Assembly: GCA_964426725.1 (NCBI GenBank)
Contig: CAYRRV010000001.1
Coordinates: 212,538-276,537, forward strand
Direction of reading: 5' to 3'
Source of the DNA: an uncultured Bacteroidales bacterium
GTDB taxonomy: Bacteria; Bacteroidota; Bacteroidia; Bacteroidales; CAYRRV01
Length of the DNA stretch: 64,000 bases
Made by a program: the position numbers and the translations under genes. Below, in pieces: positions 40,188-49,026 of this stretch (position 1 is its first letter; each line of letters starts with the position of its first letter). The notes under the pieces were generated by a model. It worked only from the letters and a program-made list of their open reading frames with translations. It searched no databases and was not told the DNA's origin.

Positions 40188-40524
40188 AGTAAACTTTTTT
40201 GAAAAAGTATACAACGTGGTACTTCTTATACCTCGTGGTCGAGTGACTACATACGGGGCGATTGCCCGGTATATCGGAAGCCCACGGTCGTCGAGAATGG
40301 TAGGATGGGCCCTGAATAGCAACCGGTTTTCAGGGGACTATATTCCCGCGCACAGGGTCGTGAACAGGCAGGGCCTGCTTACCGGGAAAAGATACTTTGG
40401 CACACCTGGCGTTATGAAAGAACTCCTTCAAAATGAGGGTGTCAGGGTGCATGATGATCAGGTACTTGATTTTCAGGAATGTTTTTGGGATCCTGCTAAA
40501 GAGTTAGTGACGCGTCATAGTTGA
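40180..40524 (+). CDS. MGMT-family DNA-binding protein lacking the acceptor cysteine (alkyltransferase-like, ATL)
   Basis: IPRGRVTTYGAIARYIG...IPAHRVVNRQG: the PCHR active-site motif reads PAHR. 114 aa, containing only the DNA-binding domain. The start overlaps the trmB stop, and the last 18 nt belong to repeat copy 2. Confidence 0.8.
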   Translation: MSEVNFFEKVYNVVLLIPRGRVTTYGAIARYIGSPRSSRMVGWALNSNRFSGDYIPAHRVVNRQGLLTGKRYFGTPGVMKELLQNEGVRVHDDQVLDFQECFWDPAKELVTRHS

Positions 40525-40597
40525 TATGCAGATGGGATATCCCTTTATTCCGGGCATGTGGCACAGTTCAATTGTCATTTTTTCAATGACATGATAC
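40507..40597 (-). repeat. Copy 2 of the ~92-bp dispersed repeat (reverse orientation)
   Basis: The reverse complement reads GTATCATGTCATTGAAAAAATGACAATTGAACTGTGCCACATGCCCGGAATAAAGGGATATCCCATCTGCATATCAACTATGACGCGTCAC. By hand it matches copy 3 at ~70 of 92 positions with one gap. Confidence 0.8.
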
Positions 40598-40657
40598 AGT
40601 ATAAAATGTCATGTAAAATCCTTGTCCGATTTATATTTTTCATGTAATTTTAATCGT

Positions 40658-40665
40658 TATATTTG
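40658..40665 (+). promoter_or_regulatory. Candidate -7 promoter box (TAnnTTTG) for mrp/apbC-nifU
   Basis: TATATTTG, 38 nt upstream of the ATG at 40703 and downstream of repeat copy 2. Confidence 0.35.
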
Positions 40666-40702
40666 CACTTATTTAATCTTAGTATAAATAAAAATATTTA
40701 AA

Positions 40703-41806
40703 ATGGGTTTAAATGAAGACCAGGTAATAAAAGTATTTAGGGAAGTGAAACATCCCGAGACCGGTAAATCTATTTTAGAAATGGAAATGGTCAGGGAACT
40801 AGTTGTGGAAACAGGAAAAGTGAGTTTTGATCTCGTTACAACTAAAAAGAAAGATCCTTTTATTAATTCCATTGCAAAGGTTATTGAACGTGCTATTCAG
40901 AGTGAAATTGATGAAAACATTGAAGTAAGCATTACTGTTAAAAGTGCCTTCGTTCCCCGGGGATCAGAACAGGAAAAGATTATCCTTCCTGGGGTTAAAC
41001 ATGTTATCGCGGTTGCGTCGGGTAAAGGTGGTGTTGGAAAATCCACCATGGCTGTTAATCTCTCGGTTGCAATGGCAAAAACGGGAGCAAAGGTTGGCTT
41101 GATTGACGCGGATGTTTATGGGCCTTCAATTCCCAAAATGTTTGGGGTCGAACATTTGAGGCCTCATGTTAAAAAAGTGGACAATAAAGACCTGATAGTT
41201 CCAATAGAAAAATATGGGGTAAAAATGTTGTCGGTTGGTTTTTTCGTGAACTCTTCTGAGGCATTGGTATGGAGAGGACCTATGGCTACCAGTGCATTAC
41301 GTCAACTCATTCATGATGCTGAATGGGGAGAACTCGATTACCTATTCCTTGATTTACCTCCCGGCACCGGAGATGTTCATCTTACTATTGTTCAGGAGGT
41401 ACCTGTAACGGGAGCAATTATTGTAAGTACCCCCCAGGAAGTGGCTTTAGCTGACGCGATAAAAGGTATTAGCATGTTTGAGAGTTCTAAAATTAATGTT
41501 CCGGTTATCGGTTTAATTGAAAACATGGCATGGTTTACTCCAAAGGAATTACCGGGAAACAAGTATTTCATTTTTGGCAAAGAGGGTTGTAAGCACCTGG
41601 CTGAAAAGATGAATCTTCCTCTCTTGGGTCAGATTCCAATTGTACAGGATGTTGTTGAATCCGGAGATTCAGGGAATCCTGTTGTTTTGGATGATAATCC
41701 AATAACCCTTTCAGCCTTTGATTCTCTGGTACGAAATTTTAATGCAGCCCTGGATAAACGTCTTAAGGAAAAAGCGCCTACCAAAAGAGTAATTATAAAC
41801 AAGTAA
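40703..41806 (+). CDS. apbC: Mrp/NBP35 family Fe-S cluster carrier ATPase (ApbC)
   Basis: N-terminal DUF59-like domain. Deviant Walker A VASGKGGVGKST. 367 aa. Confidence 0.92.
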   Translation: MGLNEDQVIKVFREVKHPETGKSILEMEMVRELVVETGKVSFDLVTTKKKDPFINSIAKVIERAIQSEIDENIEVSITVKSAFVPRGSEQEKIILPGVKHVIAVASGKGGVGKSTMAVNLSVAMAKTGAKVGLIDADVYGPSIPKMFGVEHLRPHVKKVDNKDLIVPIEKYGVKMLSVGFFVNSSEALVWRGPMATSALRQLIHDAEWGELDYLFLDLPPGTGDVHLTIVQEVPVTGAIIVSTPQEVALADAIKGISMFESSKINVPVIGLIENMAWFTPKELPGNKYFIFGKEGCKHLAEKMNLPLLGQIPIVQDVVESGDSGNPVVLDDNPITLSAFDSLVRNFNAALDKRLKEKAPTKRVIINK

Positions 41807-41817
41807 ATAATATAATC

Positions 41818-42066
41818 ATGAATAAAACAATGGATAAAGAAAATCTTAAAGAAAGAATTAAAACAGCCCTGGAACTTATCAGACCTTACCTGAAAGCCGA
41901 CGGGGGCGATGTATCTCTTCAGGAAGTAACTGATGATATGACTGTTAAAGTGAAACTGGAAGGAGCCTGCGTGGGTTGTCCCTTTAGCATGCAGACTTTA
42001 AAAGCCGGTGTTGAGCAGGCAATTCGAAGAGAAGTGCCTGAAATTAAGGAAGTAGTTTCAGTTTAA
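41818..42066 (+). CDS. NifU C-terminal-domain-like protein
   Basis: IRPYLKADGGDV...LEGACVGCPFS (CxxC motif). 82 aa. Confidence 0.85.
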   Translation: MNKTMDKENLKERIKTALELIRPYLKADGGDVSLQEVTDDMTVKVKLEGACVGCPFSMQTLKAGVEQAIRREVPEIKEVVSV

Positions 42067-42133
42067 AACGGATTTCCATACTTTTTACTATACCTTGCTT
42101 ACAAAATTTTCATGTTATCAGGGTAACTTAAGA

Positions 42134-42225
42134 GTGTCATGTCAATGAAAAAATACCGGTTTATCTGTGGCACATGTCTTAAATAAAGGGACATTTCTTC
42201 TTCAATATCAAATGTGACGCGTCAC
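42134..42225 (+). repeat. Copy 3 (reference copy) of the ~92-bp dispersed repeat
   Basis: GTGTCATGTCAATGAAAAAATACCGGTTTATCTGTGGCACATGTCTTAAATAAAGGGACATTTCTTCTTCAATATCAAATGTGACGCGTCAC. Lies between nifU-like and the sprE/porW-like gene. Confidence 0.85.
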
Positions 42226-42352
42226 TGGTTTTTACGGCCTGAAAATCTTATTTATCACCTAATGGGAGTGCAGGACATTAAAATTTGTGTCCGTATTATA
42301 AAATAAGATGGGCAAAAAACAGTTTATTGTATAGTCAAAAAATATTAGCTCG

Positions 42353-45016
42353 TTGCGAAGTAGGGGTTTAACATATTTTATTATCATTGTTCTGTTTTTT
42401 TCAGGGTGCAGTACCGAGAAAAACACGTGGATTACCCGTACTTATCATAATGTTACCTCGAAGTATAATATCCTTTTCAATGCCAGTGAAAGTTTCAACA
42501 AGGGAGTAAAAAAAGTTAATGAAGCTTACGAGAATGATTTTACAGGGATTTTACCTGTTTTTACGTATGGGAACAAGAACATTGCTTCAACTGCCATTCC
42601 CGATATGGAAAGAACTCTGAAAAAATGCTCCAAGGTAATTACTTTTCATTCAATAAAGGTTAAGCCTGAAATCAAAGAAGGTCCGATGACACCGGAAGAA
42701 AAGGAGTTTTACGAAAAAAATGAATATAATATTTTTGTTGACGATGCTTACATGTTTACCGGCAAAGCACACTTTTACAAGCATGATTTTCGACTGGCTT
42801 CCGAAACTTTTAAGTTTGTCATAAGGGAATTTGAAAACCAGGATGCCATGTACACGGGATTAATCTGGCTTGCCCGAACGAATTGTGAATTAGAGAGATA
42901 CGACGATGCTGAAAAAGCACTCAATATCCTGGCCAGTCAACCATCCATTCCCGAAAAATTAAAAGAGGATTACTTTACTTCACTAGCCGATTTTTATATT
43001 AAACAGGAAATGTACCGTGAAGCAATTCCTCACCTTGAAACTGCACTGCAACATACACGAAAAAAAGATAATAAAATAAGATATAGTTTTATTCTCGCTC
43101 AATTATACGCGAAAATCGGCGAGGGATTGAAAGCCTATCACATGTATGGTAACGTCATTAAATTCAATCCTCCCTACGAGTTTACCTTTAACGCGAAAAT
43201 TAACCGTGCCTCCGTCTTTGAGGCGGGTGTTGTAAATGCAAAAGAAATAAAGGTTCAACTGCTCGACATGTTAAAAGACGAGAAGAACAAGGAGTTCAAA
43301 GACCAGATATATTACGCGTTAGGGAACATTGAGATTAAAGAGAATAAAATCGATGAAGCTTTAGAATATTATAAATTATCCACCTGGAATAGTGTATCCA
43401 ATGATCGGCAAAAGGCCAAATCCTACATTTCTATCGCTGATATTTATTACGAGTTTCCTGATTATAAAATGGCTCAGTTTTATTACGATAGTGCTGTTAT
43501 GATAATCGATGAAACCCATAATAATTACCAGCTAATATCTGCCCGGGCTGAAAATCTTACAAATCTGGTTAAAAATCTGAACACGATTGAATTACAAGAT
43601 AGCGTTCAGGTACTTGCCAAAATGGGTGAAGAAGAATTGTATGCCTATATTGATAAGGTAATTGAAAATGTAAAGCGGGAAGAAATTGAGGCAAAACAAA
43701 GAGAAAACGAAAGACGGATGCAGGAGCAAATGGCACGAATGCATGATGGACAGGGTTATAACACGTATAATGATCCAACTGCTTCCGGCAAATGGTATTT
43801 TTATAGCCCTTCTTCAAAAAACCAGGGTTCTTCCGAATTCAAAAGAAAGTGGGGTGATCGCGAGCTTGAAGATAATTGGCGAAGAAAAAGCAAAAAGATT
43901 GTTAGCACGGGTGAATATGGTGAACTGGCAGAGGAGGGAGACGTGAATGAAGAACAACAGCAAAAAGTCCTTGATAATAAATCAAGAGAGTTTTACCTGC
44001 AAAATATACCACTTACAGACTCCATGATGCAGGTTTCACATGAGCAAATAAGGGAATCCATTTATAATGCGGGAATGATATACTGGAATGACCTCGGAGA
44101 ACTTGACCTTGCCGCAGAAAAATTTGAAGAACTCGGAAGAAGATATCCCGAAAATGACCATGCCCTGATGGCGTTTTATAATCTTTACAAGATATATAAT
44201 GAACAGGGTAACCTGAATAAATCAAACCTTTATAAAAACCTAATAATTAATAACTTCCCGGAAAGCCAGTATGCTAAATTGCTGACGAACCCGAATTACC
44301 TTGAAGAATTAAAAGCAGAGAAAAACAGGGTATACTCGTTTTACGAGGAAACATACAATCTTTTCCAACAAGAAAATTATCAACAGGTTATTGATAATGT
44401 AAATTACGCGTTCGAAGAATTTAAAGAAAGCGATATATTACCCAAGTATGCCTACCTGAGGGCGATATCAATCGGGAAAACCAATAATAATATTGAAATT
44501 TTTAGAGACACCCTGAATAAGTTAATAAACACGTACCCGGGTAATGAAGTGGCCGATCTGGCAAAGGCCATTATCAATAAAATGAACGTGGAGCATCCGG
44601 AGATAAAACAAAAAGAGGAAATCGTTAAGGCAAAAGAAATTTACACGGGTTTTGATGTAATACAAAATAGTCCTCATTTCTTTGTTATTTTGCTTGACAG
44701 CAAGCAAGGTAACATGAACCAATTGATATTTAATATTATCAATTTCAACCTTGATGTTTATGAAAATGCCGATCTTAGGGTGAATGGAGAAACATTTAAT
44801 AAAGATTTCCAGATTGTTACCGTGAAGCAATTCAAAAATACAAATGAAGCAATAGAGTATTACCAGAATATTACATCAACTGGCGAACTTTTTAAAGATG
44901 TAGGTTCAGATCTTCATCATCAATTTATTATTTCAGAAGAAAACATGAAGGTTCTGCGCGATGATAAAGGAATTGAAAGGTACATGCTGTTTTTCAAAGA
45001 TAACTACCTGGATTAA
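42353..45016 (+). CDS. sprE: TPR-repeat lipoprotein, probable T9SS component SprE/PorW
   Basis: Lipobox (VLFFSGCSTEKN) followed by NTWITRTYHNVTSKYNILFNA, which resembles the SprE/PorW N-terminus as I recall it. Multiple TPR-like segments. ~887 aa, similar in size to SprE. TTG start. Immediately upstream of porX. Confidence 0.55.
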   Translation: MRSRGLTYFIIIVLFFSGCSTEKNTWITRTYHNVTSKYNILFNASESFNKGVKKVNEAYENDFTGILPVFTYGNKNIASTAIPDMERTLKKCSKVITFHSIKVKPEIKEGPMTPEEKEFYEKNEYNIFVDDAYMFTGKAHFYKHDFRLASETFKFVIREFENQDAMYTGLIWLARTNCELERYDDAEKALNILASQPSIPEKLKEDYFTSLADFYIKQEMYREAIPHLETALQHTRKKDNKIRYSFILAQLYAKIGEGLKAYHMYGNVIKFNPPYEFTFNAKINRASVFEAGVVNAKEIKVQLLDMLKDEKNKEFKDQIYYALGNIEIKENKIDEALEYYKLSTWNSVSNDRQKAKSYISIADIYYEFPDYKMAQFYYDSAVMIIDETHNNYQLISARAENLTNLVKNLNTIELQDSVQVLAKMGEEELYAYIDKVIENVKREEIEAKQRENERRMQEQMARMHDGQGYNTYNDPTASGKWYFYSPSSKNQGSSEFKRKWGDRELEDNWRRKSKKIVSTGEYGELAEEGDVNEEQQQKVLDNKSREFYLQNIPLTDSMMQVSHEQIRESIYNAGMIYWNDLGELDLAAEKFEELGRRYPENDHALMAFYNLYKIYNEQGNLNKSNLYKNLIINNFPESQYAKLLTNPNYLEELKAEKNRVYSFYEETYNLFQQENYQQVIDNVNYAFEEFKESDILPKYAYLRAISIGKTNNNIEIFRDTLNKLINTYPGNEVADLAKAIINKMNVEHPEIKQKEEIVKAKEIYTGFDVIQNSPHFFVILLDSKQGNMNQLIFNIINFNLDVYENADLRVNGETFNKDFQIVTVKQFKNTNEAIEYYQNITSTGELFKDVGSDLHHQFIISEENMKVLRDDKGIERYMLFFKDNYLD

Positions 45017-45068
45017 CTTTTCTCCAGGAAGCCTGTTATACCTGTATCACTCTTAATTGGATTTGAAA

Positions 45069-46622
45069 ATGAAAAATGCTGATGTCTTATGGGTAGATGA
45101 CGAGATAGAACTGCTTAAACCGCATATCCTTTTTCTCGAGGATAAAGGATATAATCTTATCACTGCCACGAACGGGGATGATGCCATAAAAATCGTGAAT
45201 TCCCATTCGGTTGATTTAATTATACTGGATGAAATGATGCCGGGAATGACAGGCCTGGAAACACTCAACGTGATAAAGAGCCTCAAGCCTTCTGTGCCGG
45301 TAATCATGATTACAAAAAGCGAGGAAGAGGATATCATGGATCAGGCTATTGGTTCAAAAATAGCCGATTACCTTATAAAACCGGTGAAACCGAATCAAAT
45401 ACTTCTCAGCATAAAGAAAAACCTGGATACAAAAAGACTGGTTAATCAAAAAACTACCACTGCTTATCAGTCCCAGTTTTCTCAAATCGGGATAGAAATT
45501 AATTCCGCCAATTCCTTTAACGAGTGGACAGAAATATACAAGAAGCTGGTATTCTGGGAGTTGGAGCTCGACAGGACAGGTGATGCCGGTATATCCGAAG
45601 TGCTCAATCTTCAAAAAAATGAAGCCAATGCTGGTTTTTCCAAATTTATAAGGAAAAATTATAAATCGTGGTTTTCCGGGAATAATGAATCTAAACCACT
45701 TATGTCACCTAACCTTTTTAGCAAAAAGATATATCCAATCATGGATGATCACGAAAAGGTAGCGGTAATTTTAATTGATAACCTGCGATTTGATCAGTGG
45801 CACGTGATAAAACCACTGGTATCGGAGTCTTTTAATATCACGACGGAAGAACTTTATTGCAGCATTCTTCCAACAGCAACACAATATAGCAGGAATTCAA
45901 TTTTTGCAGGATTGATGCCCCTGGAAATCGGGCAGCTTTATCCTGACCTGTGGATCAATGATGAGGAAGAAGAATCAAAAAATCAATATGAAGAAGAACT
46001 ATTAAAAGGACAATTACAAAGATCCGGGAAAAACACCCGTTTTTATTACGAGAAAGTAAGTAACCTGAAAACCGGGAAAAAAATCCTGAACCGCGTTAAT
46101 GATCTAACAAATTACCCGTTGTCAGTTATCGTTTATAATTTTGTTGATATACTCTCGCATGCCCGTACCGAAATGGAACTTATAAAAGAACTGGCAAACG
46201 ATGAAGCAGCTTACCGGTCATTGACCTTGTCATGGTTCGAGCATTCCCATTTACTGGATATTATAAGGGAATTATCTGCAAGAAAATTCAAGGTAGTAAT
46301 CACCACTGACCATGGGACGGTGAGAGTTTTTAATCCCCTCAGGGTAGTGGGCGACAGGAAAACAAGTACCAATTTGCGCTATAAAACAGGTAGAAACCTT
46401 AATTATAATCCGAAGGAAGTATTTGAAATTCAAAATCCATCTGATATTCACCTGCCAACAATAAATCTCAGTTCATCTTATATATTTGCTATGCATCATG
46501 ATTTTTTGGTGTACCCTAATAATTATAATTACTACTCGAATTATTTCAGAAATACCTTTCAACACGGGGGTATTTCCATGGAAGAAATGTTAATCCCCGT
46601 GGTTGTATTATCGCCAAAATAA
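45069..46622 (+). CDS. porX: Response regulator PorX (CheY-like receiver + PglZ/alkaline-phosphatase-like domain)
   Basis: Receiver domain VLWVDDEIELL...DLIILDEMMPGMTG...KP. C-terminal PglZ features (LIDNLRFDQW, ITTDHGT). 517 aa from the ATG at 45069; the ORF-track start at 45057 is a TTG. Confidence 0.85.
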   Translation: MKNADVLWVDDEIELLKPHILFLEDKGYNLITATNGDDAIKIVNSHSVDLIILDEMMPGMTGLETLNVIKSLKPSVPVIMITKSEEEDIMDQAIGSKIADYLIKPVKPNQILLSIKKNLDTKRLVNQKTTTAYQSQFSQIGIEINSANSFNEWTEIYKKLVFWELELDRTGDAGISEVLNLQKNEANAGFSKFIRKNYKSWFSGNNESKPLMSPNLFSKKIYPIMDDHEKVAVILIDNLRFDQWHVIKPLVSESFNITTEELYCSILPTATQYSRNSIFAGLMPLEIGQLYPDLWINDEEEESKNQYEEELLKGQLQRSGKNTRFYYEKVSNLKTGKKILNRVNDLTNYPLSVIVYNFVDILSHARTEMELIKELANDEAAYRSLTLSWFEHSHLLDIIRELSARKFKVVITTDHGTVRVFNPLRVVGDRKTSTNLRYKTGRNLNYNPKEVFEIQNPSDIHLPTINLSSSYIFAMHHDFLVYPNNYNYYSNYFRNTFQHGGISMEEMLIPVVVLSPK

Positions 46623-46623
46623 G

Positions 46624-47052
46624 ATGGAAAAATACACGATCGATTCTGTTGAGGGGCTTCCTTTTGTTGCTTCAAAAATATTGAAACATATTAATAAACC
46701 CCGGGTTGTTCTTTTACAGGGAGACCTTGGGGCAGGAAAAACTTTGCTTATTAAAGAAATATGCAGTCAGCTAAATGTTGTAGACACGGTAAATAGTCCT
46801 ACTTTCTCTATTGTGAACGAGTATTCAACAGAAACAGGAGATACTGTTTTTCACATAGATCTTTATCGGGTAGAAAATGAAGCGGAACTTTTGGATATAG
46901 GTTTTGAAGAATATATTTTTTCATCCAACTTTTGTTTCATTGAATGGCCGGAAAAGGCCGGTTCATTGATCCCGCGGGAAATGATGAAAGTAACTATTGA
47001 AAAATTATCAGAAACCCGTAGAGAGATTATAATTTTTCCGGAACAACTATAA
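46624..47052 (+). CDS. tsaE: tRNA threonylcarbamoyladenosine biosynthesis ATPase TsaE
   Basis: GDLGAGKTLLIK P-loop, SPTFSIVNEY, HIDLYR. ATG at 46624, just after the porX stop. Confidence 0.88.
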   Translation: MEKYTIDSVEGLPFVASKILKHINKPRVVLLQGDLGAGKTLLIKEICSQLNVVDTVNSPTFSIVNEYSTETGDTVFHIDLYRVENEAELLDIGFEEYIFSSNFCFIEWPEKAGSLIPREMMKVTIEKLSETRREIIIFPEQL

Positions 47053-47386
47053 ATGATCAATGAAACGTACATGAAAAAAATTTTCATTTGTTCACCAGCG
47101 AGGATGAATAAATTTTTAATGATAAGTTTCACGATTTGAATTATACCCAGGTTGAGCGTTTGGAGAGAATCGAACAAGTGCCTTTCGCCAGTCGACGGGT
47201 AACCCCGGTATTGAGTTTGTTGAATTTCACAAAACAAGCGCTGTGAAATGCTTACAGTATCTTCATCGATTGAGTAAATCGCTCCATTTGGGTTATACAA
47301 TTATATTCCTTTGAAATATTCATGATTATTTGAAAATAAAAGGTATTTGTATTATTTTAGTTCATTATTGATTGAAACAGACTATT

Positions 47387-48610
47387 ATGACCGAAAGCCA
47401 GGAATCAACGACCCGATATGCTTTTACACGAAATCTTCTGATTCCGCAGGAAGAAATGCTTGAAGTGCGGAAGAAACAGAAAAAATTGTCAATTGGTATC
47501 CCGAGAGAACTTGAAAAATATGAAAGCAGGGTACCTTTAACACCGGAAGCAGTTGAAATTCTGGTAAACAATGGGCATGATATTATTATTGAAACTGATG
47601 CAGGCAAGGGAGCTAATTACCTGAATACAGATTACAGTGAATGTGGAGGATTTATCGTTGAAAGCAGAAAAGAAGTTTTCCAGTCTGATATTGTATTAAA
47701 AGTAGCCCCGTTATCTCTTGATGAAATTGGTGCAATGAAAGGACACCAGTGCGTTTTATCTACCTTGCACTTGAATAACCAGACCAAGGAATTAATAAAA
47801 AAATTACAGGAAAAAAAGATTACAGCAGTTGCTTTCGAGAATATCAAAGATGAGCACAATTCCTACCCCGTTGTGAGATCCATGAGTTCTATAGCAGGAA
47901 CAACATCGGTGCTGGTTGCCGCGGAATTATTGAGTAATGTTCATGGCGGTAAGGGGGTAATGTTGGGGGGCGTTACCGGTATAACTCCAACGGAAGTTGT
48001 AATTATAGGCGCTGGAACAGCCGCTGAATATGCTGTAAGAGCAGCAAAGGGGCTGGGTGCCTTTGTTAAAGTATTTGACCATTCTGTTCACCGGTTAAGA
48101 CGGTTACAAAACAATATTGGAATTCCACTGCATACTTCTATATTTCATCCCAAGGTACTGATGAAGGCTCTTCGTTCGGCCGACGTGGTTATTGGCGCTA
48201 TGAATCTCGTTGAAAAAGGACCCCGGTTTCTTGTTACCGAAGATATGGTTAAGAATATGAAGAAAGGAACCGTTATTGTTGATATCAGTATTGATCAGGG
48301 TGGATGTATTGAAACATCCGAATGTAAATCCCACAACAATCCCGTGTATGAAAAACACGGTGTTATTCATTATTGTGTTCCCAACATTCCATCAAGAGTT
48401 TCCAGGACAGCCTCTATCGCGCTGAGTAATGTTGTTGCTCCTTTGATACTTGAAATGGGTATGGCAGGGGGCTTGCAACAATTAATCCGTGTAGATAGCG
48501 GGTTTCGTCATGGAATTTATATTTATAATGGAATTTTAACAAACAAGTTCATCGGGGATCATTTTGATATACCCTCCAAGGATATAGACCTGCTGATGGC
48601 CGCCTTTTAA
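47387..48610 (+). CDS. ald: Alanine dehydrogenase (Bacteroidota long-N-terminus type)
   Basis: IGIPRELEKYESRVPLTPEAV. VVIIGAGTAAEYA (NAD-binding fold). The ORF-track start at 47372 is a TTG, so I use the ATG at 47387. Confidence 0.85.
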   Translation: MTESQESTTRYAFTRNLLIPQEEMLEVRKKQKKLSIGIPRELEKYESRVPLTPEAVEILVNNGHDIIIETDAGKGANYLNTDYSECGGFIVESRKEVFQSDIVLKVAPLSLDEIGAMKGHQCVLSTLHLNNQTKELIKKLQEKKITAVAFENIKDEHNSYPVVRSMSSIAGTTSVLVAAELLSNVHGGKGVMLGGVTGITPTEVVIIGAGTAAEYAVRAAKGLGAFVKVFDHSVHRLRRLQNNIGIPLHTSIFHPKVLMKALRSADVVIGAMNLVEKGPRFLVTEDMVKNMKKGTVIVDISIDQGGCIETSECKSHNNPVYEKHGVIHYCVPNIPSRVSRTASIALSNVVAPLILEMGMAGGLQQLIRVDSGFRHGIYIYNGILTNKFIGDHFDIPSKDIDLLMAAF

Positions 48611-48630
48611 TAAAAGGGAGAAAAATTATT

Positions 48631-49026
48631 ATGCTCGGGAGATTCTTAAAGTTATTTCTTATTGTTTTAATTGTTGGCAGTCTTGGCGTGCTGAGTCGAC
48701 TATTTTCTGATTACCTGCCTGATGTGATATCACTTTACTCGGGGGATATCCTTTGGGCTTTTGCTGCTTATTATGTTATTCGTTTCTTCCTTCCCGCGTC
48801 TGGTGTAACCGGTGTAGCGGTGATTGCCTACATGTTCTCTGTTCTGATAGAGATTACTCAACTCGCGCGTTATTCCTGGCTTCAGGATATAAGACACACT
48901 TTGGCAGGAGGATTAATGCTTGGTTACGGTTTCAGATGGTCTGATTTACTTTGCTATTTCGTTGGCATTGTACTTGCCGCCTTATTTGATCGTTTTATTA
49001 TACACACCAAAATGTGGGAGACATGA
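48631..49026 (+). CDS. DUF2809-like integral membrane protein
   Basis: Four predicted TM helices. GD.LWA..AYY...F and E..QL...R.TL.G..LG..F.W.D pattern. Confidence 0.55.
   Translation: MLGRFLKLFLIVLIVGSLGVLSRLFSDYLPDVISLYSGDILWAFAAYYVIRFFLPASGVTGVAVIAYMFSVLIEITQLARYSWLQDIRHTLAGGLMLGYGFRWSDLLCYFVGIVLAALFDRFIIHTKMWET

Noticed and set aside
42167-42180. TGGCAC motif in the repeat resembling a sigma-54 -24 element
   Set aside because: The required GC at -12 with correct spacing (TGGCAC-N5-TTGC) is absent in all copies and in both orientations. Copies 1, 2 and 4 read TGCCA on this strand.
42139-42183. Short peptide ORFs inside the repeat (for example MSMKKYRFICGTCLK in copy 3)
   Set aside because: The frames and stops are not conserved among copies. 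Copy 1 stops after MKK, and copy 4 is shifted by an indel.
47160-47185. GTTCGATTC on the minus strand in the tsaE-ald spacer, suggesting a tRNA
   Set aside because: The flanks do not pair into a T-arm or an acceptor stem, and there is no anticodon arm.
46863-47300. 145-aa minus-strand ORF spanning the tsaE-ald spacer
   Set aside because: It would overlap the tsaE 3' end antisense by ~190 nt. It has no recognisable domain, and its hydrophobic tail derives from the antisense of tsaE. The spacer itself is kept as a low-interest finding.
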